Below are positions 57,494 through 64,000 of a stretch of 64,000 nucleotides of DNA, one piece after another. This DNA comes from an uncultured Fibrobacteraceae bacterium (GTDB taxonomy: Bacteria > Krumholzibacteriota > Krumholzibacteriia > LZORAL124-64-63). The stretch spans positions 4,417-68,416 of the forward strand of contig CAYLMM010000005.1 in the NCBI GenBank assembly GCA_964384825.1, written 5' to 3'. Position 1 is the stretch's first letter. Each line of letters begins with the position of its first letter. The position numbers were made by a program, and so were the translations under genes. The notes below the pieces were generated by a model. It saw only the letters and a program-made list of their open reading frames with translations, was not told the origin of the DNA and did not search any database.

Positions 57494-59764
57494 ATGCGCT
57501 GGTTCTCGATTTCCTGGCCCGGTTTCCTGGCGCGCCGCAAGGTCCGCGAAGGGCGCCCGCCCGGACGCGGCAACGGCCGCCGTTCTGTCGATTCGTTCGA
57601 CCGGCGCATGCTCGTCGGTCCGCTGGTCGCTGCCGTCGGTCTGCTGGTCCTGTTCCAGCTGCTGTTCCCCATCACGCCGCGGGTGGATTCCGAATTTCCC
57701 GCCGAAGGCGAGATCGCGGACCGGGAGATCCGCGCCCCCTTCGCCTTCTCGTCCCCGCTGCTGGAACGCGACGTCGAGATGCGCCGGCTGCAGAAGGTCC
57801 TGGTCGAGCCGCCGGTGCTGCGCCGTCTGCCCGACGAGGCCGGCAAGTCCCGGGCGCGGTTCGATAGCTGGCGGGACGCCTTCCTGATGCACGTCTCGCT
57901 GACCGACCTGTCGATCGACGAGCGGGTCGGCCTGCTGCTGATGCGTTTCCCCGAAGTCTCGCCCGAGGATCTCGAGAACGCCTTCGCGCTGCCGGATCCC
58001 GTCGGATTCTGCGAGGCCCTGGGCGACGCCATCGACGAGATCCATGCAGCCGGGGTGGTTGACAACCTGCCGCCCGGCAACTACAGCAAGGTCCTGATCC
58101 TGTCGGCCGACGGCGAAACCACCGGGGATCTGGACGCCCTCACGCCGCAGGACGAACTGAGCGGCGTGCTCGCCGCCGCCCTCCAGAAGCGGGGGCTGAC
58201 CGGCGAGATCGCCCGCCGAGGCGGCTTGCTGGCGCGTTCCTTCCTGGGGCCGAACCTGGTCTACAGCCCCGACGCGACGCAGGCCCGGCGCGAAGAGGCC
58301 CGCGCTTCGGTGCCGACGGTCCGCGAATTCATCAAGGGGGAGCGGATCGTCGGCCGCGGCGACCGCGTCACCGAGCAGGAAGGGGTCTTCCTGATCTCCC
58401 TGCACGACGAACTGGTGGCCAGGGGCAGCATCGGCGCCTCCGGCGGGCTGTTCTGGCGGCGTGCCTCCCGGCTGCTGCTGGCGGCCGGCCTGCTGCTGAT
58501 CTTCGGCTGGATCGGCTGGATCCAGTTCCCGCACATTTTGCTGCGGCTGCGCCAGCTGATCGCCGTCACGGCGGTCTTCGCGGTGTTTCTCGCGTTCGCT
58601 GCCTTCGCGCTCGACCAGCCCGAGCTCGGTCCCTTCGCCGTTCCGGTTCCCCTGCTGGCCGTGCTGCTGACCGTCCTGTTCCGGGACCGGGTCGGCTATC
58701 CGATGACCGGCCTGGCGGCCGGGATGCTCGCGCTGGTGGTCGGCGTGCAGCCGGTCTGGCTGATCTGCTGGCTGATCGTCGGCCTGGTGTCGGTGACGAT
58801 GGTCCGCCGCATCAGGCATCGCGACCAGTTCTACAAGGCGATCGCCGTGCTGGTCTTCCTGCAGGTCTTCCTGATCACCATGGCGCGGCTGACGTCGTCC
58901 GCGGCGGTCGCCGGCACGGCCGGCGGCGCGTATTTCGCGGGCGTCCTGTCGCCGATCGCGTCGGTGGCGCTGGCCCTGTTCCTGCTGCCGGTCATCGAAC
59001 CGCTGGTGGGGATCTCCAGCGATCTGACCCTGCTCGAGCTCTCGGACCTGAACCATCCGCTGCTCAAGAGGATGGCCCTGGAATCGCAGGGGACCTTCCA
59101 TCACTGCCAGGTCGTGGCCCAGCTGGCCGAGAACGCGGCGCGCGCCATCGGAGCCAACTCGCTGCTGACCAGGGTCGGGGCCCTCTTCCACGACATCGGC
59201 AAGATGAACAAGCCGGAGTACTACGTGGAGAATCAGGGCGGCGGCCCCAACAAGCACGACGAACTGAGCCCGAGCATGAGCGCGCTGGTCGTTTCGTCCC
59301 ACGTCAAGGAGGGGATCGAGATGGCGCGGCGGTGGCGTCTGCCGCAGGCGGTCATCGACTTCATCCCCGAGCACCACGGCACCAGCGTGATGAAGTACTT
59401 CTACCACAAGGCGCTCGAGGGCGAGGGGAACGAGACGGTCAAGGTCGACGACTTCCGCTACCCCGGTCCCCGGCCGCATTCGCGCGAGACCGCGATCCTG
59501 ATGCTGGCCGACGCTGTCGAGGCCTCGACCCGTTCGCTGGCCAAGCCCACGCCCGGCCGGATCCGCGAGATGACCAAGCAGATCGTCGACGAGCGGATGC
59601 TCAGCGGGGAACTGGACGAATGCCACTTGACGCTCAGCGATCTGGCCCGGATCCGCGAATCGTTCATCCCGCTGCTGGCCGGCATCCATCACTCGCGCAT
59701 CGCCTACCCTGGCCAGCGTGAAACCGCGGCCGCCGGCGGCGGCGCGGGGAGGACCGAATCATGA
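57494..59764 (+). CDS. 7TM receptor with intracellular HD hydrolase domain (YqfF/PgpH-like)
   Basis: Seven TM helices in the centre. The C-terminal HD is 'HCQVVAQLAENAARAIGANSLLTRVGALFHDIGK...HHGTS'. It sits in the classic phoH-yqfF-ybeY position. Confidence 0.8.
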   Translation: MRWFSISWPGFLARRKVREGRPPGRGNGRRSVDSFDRRMLVGPLVAAVGLLVLFQLLFPITPRVDSEFPAEGEIADREIRAPFAFSSPLLERDVEMRRLQKVLVEPPVLRRLPDEAGKSRARFDSWRDAFLMHVSLTDLSIDERVGLLLMRFPEVSPEDLENAFALPDPVGFCEALGDAIDEIHAAGVVDNLPPGNYSKVLILSADGETTGDLDALTPQDELSGVLAAALQKRGLTGEIARRGGLLARSFLGPNLVYSPDATQARREEARASVPTVREFIKGERIVGRGDRVTEQEGVFLISLHDELVARGSIGASGGLFWRRASRLLLAAGLLLIFGWIGWIQFPHILLRLRQLIAVTAVFAVFLAFAAFALDQPELGPFAVPVPLLAVLLTVLFRDRVGYPMTGLAAGMLALVVGVQPVWLICWLIVGLVSVTMVRRIRHRDQFYKAIAVLVFLQVFLITMARLTSSAAVAGTAGGAYFAGVLSPIASVALALFLLPVIEPLVGISSDLTLLELSDLNHPLLKRMALESQGTFHHCQVVAQLAENAARAIGANSLLTRVGALFHDIGKMNKPEYYVENQGGGPNKHDELSPSMSALVVSSHVKEGIEMARRWRLPQAVIDFIPEHHGTSVMKYFYHKALEGEGNETVKVDDFRYPGPRPHSRETAILMLADAVEASTRSLAKPTPGRIREMTKQIVDERMLSGELDECHLTLSDLARIRESFIPLLAGIHHSRIAYPGQRETAAAGGGAGRTES

Positions 59765-60294
59765 GGGTGGAGATAGCCGATCGCCTGTGCGCGGGACACG
59801 CAGCGCCACCGCCCGACCTGGCGGCGCTGATCGCCAGGCTCGCCGAAGGCGCCGGACTGCCCGACTGGACGGTGGCGCTGGCCTGGATCGAGGACGAACC
59901 CATGACCGAGCTCAACGGCCGGTACCGCGGCAAGGACAAGGTGACCGACGTCCTTTCCTTCTCGTACCTCGAGCAGGAGGGCGCCGGGGAGCCCGCCCTG
60001 ACCCGCGGCGCGGCCGGCGCCCGCACCGATCTGTGGCCCGCGGCGGGGGCGGTTCCCGGCGAACCGGTGGGCGAGATCGTGATCGCGACGGAATTCGTGG
60101 CCGCGCGCTGCGCCGAGAACGGCTGGCCGCTGCGCGACGAGATCGCGCTGCTGGCGGTCCACGGATTGCTGCACGTGCTGGGATGGGATCACGAGGATCC
60201 GGCCGAAGCCGCCGGAATGCGCGAACTGGAGACCGAACTGCTGGCGCGGGAGGGCATCGACCATCCCCTGCGCGGGAAAGGGGACCGGATCTGA
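59761..60294 (+). CDS. ybeY: rRNA maturation endoribonuclease YbeY
   Basis: 'HGLLHVLGWDHE' is the H3xH5xH zinc motif. 4-nt overlap with the upstream stop. Confidence 0.85.
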   Translation: MRVEIADRLCAGHAAPPPDLAALIARLAEGAGLPDWTVALAWIEDEPMTELNGRYRGKDKVTDVLSFSYLEQEGAGEPALTRGAAGARTDLWPAAGAVPGEPVGEIVIATEFVAARCAENGWPLRDEIALLAVHGLLHVLGWDHEDPAEAAGMRELETELLAREGIDHPLRGKGDRI

Positions 60295-61607
60295 TGGACG
60301 CCGACCTGTCAGGGACATTCGCGGTGGGGACGGCTGCGCTGGCTCTGGGCGCCTATCTGGCGGCGCTGCTGCTGATCGGCCTGCTGGCCGCCTTCTCGCG
60401 GGTGAACAACCTGCACCGCAACGGCCTGATCGAGCCCGAGAACCTCGACGGCATCCTCGTCTCGCATCTGGATGCTCCCGGTCGGTTCGTCTCGGCCGTG
60501 GCGGCGCTCTATCTGGCCGCGACGGCGGTGGGCGTTTTCGCGACCGGCCGCTCGATAGCCTCGCTGTGGCCCCAGGCCGGCGGATGGCGCCTGTACCTGC
60601 CGACGGCCCTGGTCGTTCTGGCGGCCTGGTCGGTCGGCGGCGCCCTGGTGAAGAACGCGGCCGCCGGAGCATCGCTCGGCTACGCCCGCTGGATGGGGCG
60701 CATCCTGCTGCCCGCCTGCTGGCTGCTGCGTCCCTGGACCGCCCTGCTCGACGCCCTGGACACCGGCGGCGATGCGCTGTGGTCGGTCGACGCCGCGCCG
60801 CACCTGTCGGCCGGCGAGATCCGCAGCCTGATCTCCGAGGACGAGGAGGGCGTCGGCCTGGAGGACGACGAGCGGGAGATGATCCACAGCATCATCGAGT
60901 TCCACGATTCGATCGTGCGCGAGATCATGGTGCCGCGGATCGACGTGGTGTCGCTGCCGGCCGACGCGACGGTCGACGACGCGATCCGGACGGTCGACGA
61001 ATGCAACCACTCGCGGATCCCGGTCTACGAGGGCAGCATCGACAGGATCACCGGCCTGCTCTACGCCAAGGACCTGCTGGCCCTGGTGCGCGACGGGCGG
61101 ATGGTGGATTCCGGCCGGACGGTCGGCGACCTGGCCCGCCCGGCGTACTTCATCCCCGAGAGCAAGAAGCTGGACGAGACGCTGGCCGAGCTGAAGGCCG
61201 AACGCATCCACATGGCCATCGTGATCGACGAGTACGGCGGCACGGCGGGGCTGGTCACCATGGAGGACGTCCTCGAGGAGATCGTCGGCGAGATCGAGGA
61301 CGAATTCGACGCCGCCGAGAGCCTGTTCGAATGGATCGACGCGCGCACGCTGCGGGTGGATCCGAAGATCGACCTGGAGGACCTGATCGAAGTCCTGGGC
61401 GTGGACCTGCCGACCGACGAGGGCAGCGAGACGCTCGCGGGTCTGATCTACGAGGCCGCAGGGAGGGTGCCGGAGAAGGGCGACCAGGTCACAATCGCCG
61501 GCCTCGCTGTCGTGGTCGAGGGCGTGGCCGACCAGCGCATCCTGCAGGTCCGCCTGGCCGCGGCCGAGGATCTGCCGGGCCATCGCGAGAGGGAGAAGGA
61601 GTCCTGA
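60294..61607 (+). CDS. corC: CNNM/CorC-family transporter (DUF21 + CBS pair + CorC_HlyC)
   Basis: DUF21 membrane domain, '[22 protein letters not shown]' CBS motifs, and a C-terminal transporter-associated domain. ATG overlaps the ybeY stop (TGATG). Confidence 0.8.
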   Translation: MDADLSGTFAVGTAALALGAYLAALLLIGLLAAFSRVNNLHRNGLIEPENLDGILVSHLDAPGRFVSAVAALYLAATAVGVFATGRSIASLWPQAGGWRLYLPTALVVLAAWSVGGALVKNAAAGASLGYARWMGRILLPACWLLRPWTALLDALDTGGDALWSVDAAPHLSAGEIRSLISEDEEGVGLEDDEREMIHSIIEFHDSIVREIMVPRIDVVSLPADATVDDAIRTVDECNHSRIPVYEGSIDRITGLLYAKDLLALVRDGRMVDSGRTVGDLARPAYFIPESKKLDETLAELKAERIHMAIVIDEYGGTAGLVTMEDVLEEIVGEIEDEFDAAESLFEWIDARTLRVDPKIDLEDLIEVLGVDLPTDEGSETLAGLIYEAAGRVPEKGDQVTIAGLAVVVEGVADQRILQVRLAAAEDLPGHREREKES

Positions 61608-62266
61608 TGGGGCGTCTGCGGCAGAACTTCCTGACCGGCCTGGTGGCCCTCACGCCGCTGGCGATCACCGTGTGGATCCTGTGGCGCTTCTACGTCCTGG
61701 TCGACGGGGCGGTGCGGCCGCTGCTCGAACGGGTGCCGGTGCTGCGCGAGAACGTGCCGCCCTTCGCGATGACCGTCTCGGGCGTCGTCGCCAGCGTCCT
61801 GATCGTGACCCTGGTCGGCCTGTTCACCAAGAACCTGATCGGCATCGCGTTCTTCAACGTGGTCGAGAGGCTGCTGACCCGCATCCCGATCATCAAGGGG
61901 ATCTTCTCGGCGACCAAGCAGATCGCCGGGGTTTTCCTGCAGGACCGTCGCACCGCTTTCCAGAAGGTCGTGCTCTTCGAATATCCGCGGCGCGGAGTCT
62001 ATTCCATCGGTTTCGTCACCCATGAGGACCTGCGTCACGAGCTGGTGCACGTCTTCCTGCCCACGACGCCCAACCCCACATCGGGGTTCATGCTGGTGCT
62101 GCCGAGCACGGAGGTCCAGGTGCTGGACATGGGCGTCGAAGAGGGGATCCAGATGATCATCTCGGGCGGAGCGGTTACCGGCGGGGCCCACATCGAAGGC
62201 ATCGAACGTCTGTCCCGGGGGATCGCCGGATCGCCCGGACCGCAGAAGGGAGGTGACCGGTCGTGA
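61607..62266 (+). CDS. DUF502-family membrane protein
   Basis: Two N-terminal TM helices plus a conserved 'RIPIIKGIFSATKQI' region. ATG overlaps the upstream stop (TGATG). Confidence 0.6.
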   Translation: MGRLRQNFLTGLVALTPLAITVWILWRFYVLVDGAVRPLLERVPVLRENVPPFAMTVSGVVASVLIVTLVGLFTKNLIGIAFFNVVERLLTRIPIIKGIFSATKQIAGVFLQDRRTAFQKVVLFEYPRRGVYSIGFVTHEDLRHELVHVFLPTTPNPTSGFMLVLPSTEVQVLDMGVEEGIQMIISGGAVTGGAHIEGIERLSRGIAGSPGPQKGGDRS

Positions 62267-63690
62267 GCGAGGAAACGGACCGCAACCGGACGCCGCAGCC
62301 CGCCGCCGAGGATTCCTTCCTCGACCCCGCGCACCTCGAGCAGGCGCGGCGCGAATACGTGCGCTTCTTCGAGACCTGCCTGCGCGAGGGGCGCGAAGAC
62401 GAGCTGTCCGCGACCGCCCGCGAGCTGTCGCCCGGCGACCTCTCGGAGATCGTCCGGCCTCTGAGCGTCGAGGATACCGCCAAGGTCATCCAGCTTCTGC
62501 CGCTCGACCAGGCGTCGGACGTGCTGGCCGAGATCAACAACCGCAGCTTCGAGGCCCTGATGCAGCTGCTGGACATCGAGTCCATCGCCGACATCGTCGA
62601 GGAGATGCCCTCGGACGAGGCCACCGACCTGCTGGGCGAGCTCGAGGACGAGAAGGCCCGCGAGATCCTGGCCGCGATGGAGGAGGAGGAGCGCGGCGAG
62701 GTCGTCGAGCTGCTGCAGTATTCCCCCGACACCGCCGGCGGGCTGATGGCCAAGGAGTTCGTCGTCGTACCGGAGGATGCCACCTGCCGCGCCGCGGTCG
62801 AGGCCGTGCGGTCGGTCGAGCAGGAGGACGAGGACGAGCTCGATCAGCTGCACTTCATATTCGTCGTCGACGGGGCGCAGCGCCTGGTCGGGCGCATCCC
62901 GCTGGTCAAGATGCTGCTCGAGCCGTGGAGCATGCCGGTCGCCAACATCATGGAGCGCGATCCCCATTTCGTGAGCGTGGACCTGGACCAGGAGATGGTC
63001 GCCCAGTTCGTGCGCGACCACGACCTGGTGACCCTGCCGGTGGTCGACGAGGACCGGGTGCTGCTCGGCGTGATCTCGGCCGACGACGTGCTCGACGTCC
63101 TGGAGGAGGAGGCTTCGGAGGACATCTCCCGCCTGGCCGGCACCAGCGCCGAGGAGCTGGGCGAGACCTCGTCGTTCAAGGTCGCCCGCGCCCGGCTGCC
63201 CTGGCTGCTCGGGGCGCTTGCGGGGCAGATCGGCTGCGTCTTCATGATGCAGCATTTCGAGGCTTCCCTGTCGGCCACCGTCGCGTTGGCCTTCTTCATC
63301 CCCGCGATCATGGCGATGGGGGGCAACACCGGCATCCAGACCTCCTCGGTGGTCGTGCGCGGGCTGGCCACCGGAGAGGTGGACGTCTACCACATCGGGC
63401 GTTATCTGCTGCGCGAGCTGGGCACCGCGCTGATCACCGGCGGACTGGTTTCGATCAGCCTCTACCTGATCGCCGGCCTGGTCTTCGGCGACAAGGATCT
63501 GGCGATGGTGCTGATGGCCGCCATGATGGCGGTCATCGTGTTCGCGGCCCTGGCCGGCACCGCGATTCCGTTGATGCTGCACAAGGCCGGCATCGACCCG
63601 GCGATCGCGACGGGGCCCTTCATCACCACCACCAACGATCTCACGGCCATCCTGATCTATCTCGGGATGGCGACGTTGATGATCCACTGA
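62263..63690 (+). CDS. mgtE: magnesium transporter MgtE
   Basis: MgtE N-domain, CBS pair and five-TM MgtE domain with 'GNTGIQ'. The GTG start overlaps the upstream stop. Confidence 0.85.
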   Translation: MSEETDRNRTPQPAAEDSFLDPAHLEQARREYVRFFETCLREGREDELSATARELSPGDLSEIVRPLSVEDTAKVIQLLPLDQASDVLAEINNRSFEALMQLLDIESIADIVEEMPSDEATDLLGELEDEKAREILAAMEEEERGEVVELLQYSPDTAGGLMAKEFVVVPEDATCRAAVEAVRSVEQEDEDELDQLHFIFVVDGAQRLVGRIPLVKMLLEPWSMPVANIMERDPHFVSVDLDQEMVAQFVRDHDLVTLPVVDEDRVLLGVISADDVLDVLEEEASEDISRLAGTSAEELGETSSFKVARARLPWLLGALAGQIGCVFMMQHFEASLSATVALAFFIPAIMAMGGNTGIQTSSVVVRGLATGEVDVYHIGRYLLRELGTALITGGLVSISLYLIAGLVFGDKDLAMVLMAAMMAVIVFAALAGTAIPLMLHKAGIDPAIATGPFITTTNDLTAILIYLGMATLMIH

Positions 63691-63702
63691 GCGGAGAGCG
63701 GC

Positions 63703-64000
63703 GTGAGCGTGCTTTCCCAACCGTCGGTCGCCGCCGACGCGATGGTGCTGCGGACCTGGCCCACCGGCGAGACGAGCGTGGTCGCCTCGCTGCTGACCGC
63801 CGACCACGGCTACGTGCGGGTGATCGCCAAGGGCGCCCGCGGCGCTCGGTCCACGTTGCGGGCCCTGGTCCAGCCGGGGCGGCTGGCTGCCCTGGAGTTC
63901 AGCCTGAGCCCGGGCCGCGATCTGCAGTATCTGCGGGGCGGCCAGGTCCTGCTCGATCCCCTGGCCTCGGACAACACCCTCGAAAGGACGGCCTACCTGC
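63703..64000 (+). CDS. recO: 3'-partial DNA repair protein RecO (N-terminal OB domain)
   Basis: 'AMVLRTWPTGETSVVASLLTADHGYVRVIAKGAR' is a typical RecO N-terminus. It runs off the window end. Confidence 0.7.
   Translation, partial: MSVLSQPSVAADAMVLRTWPTGETSVVASLLTADHGYVRVIAKGARGARSTLRALVQPGRLAALEFSLSPGRDLQYLRGGQVLLDPLASDNTLERTAYL

Noticed and set aside
53329-63807. Multiple 400-1200-aa minus-strand ORFs across the hisS-mgtE operon (e.g. 56138..59692)
   Set aside because: The plus strand carries nine well-supported, translationally coupled housekeeping genes. The minus ORFs are compositional artefacts.

Overview
This is a 64 kb chromosomal window, about 68-70% GC, from a diderm bacterium. Evidence for a diderm envelope includes LpxH, an acidic AlgE-like outer-membrane barrel and a PorV/PorQ-like barrel. 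I found no rRNA, tRNA, CRISPR array or mobile element. Because of the high GC content, nearly every long antisense or alternate-frame ORF in the six-frame track is an artefact; I call about 53 CDS. 

The second half is a tightly packed and partly translationally coupled housekeeping block: degP, a sigma-70 factor, M23 peptidase, AmiC-like amidase, hisS, aspS, phoH, a 7TM-HD protein, ybeY, corC, DUF502, mgtE and the start of recO. Other housekeeping genes are queD, tdk, rfbB, cca, mutY, rlmN, an IcmF-type fused mutase, an Rrf2 regulator, a CDF transporter and an acyl-CoA synthetase. 

The accessory content is a set of secreted proteins. Three large proteins (an HExxH metalloprotease-like protein, a GH32-like beta-propeller and a 1105-aa M6/InhA-like protein) end in the FlgD-Ig-like T9SS type-A C-terminal sorting domain ('PNPFNP...SGVYLYRL'). 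A PorV/PorQ-like barrel is encoded immediately downstream of the M6-like cargo. 

Two otherwise unrelated secreted proteins share a roughly 30-residue C-terminal tail ending 'SWGxVKxL[FY]R'. This does not resemble the T9SS domain or sortase-type tags and may be an undescribed sorting signal. The best candidate for an unrecognised system is the region at roughly 32.7-46 kb. It contains two sigma-54 activators (an NtrC-type response regulator and a 1029-aa TPR-GAF-sigma54 enhancer-binding protein) flanking a low-GC small secreted Cys-protein. An 850-bp low-GC non-coding island follows, carrying sigma-54-like -24/-12 elements. Next come an FN3 lipoprotein, a DUF4384 protein with an extraordinary Tyr/Trp-rich segment, a CXXCH motif and a 270-aa Ser/Gly/Lys tail, the M6-like T9SS cargo and the PorQ-like barrel. 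An envelope glycosylation cluster (GT4, tandem DUF507 paralogues, an ArnT/PMT-like GT39 fused to TPR, and an acidic porin) is also present.
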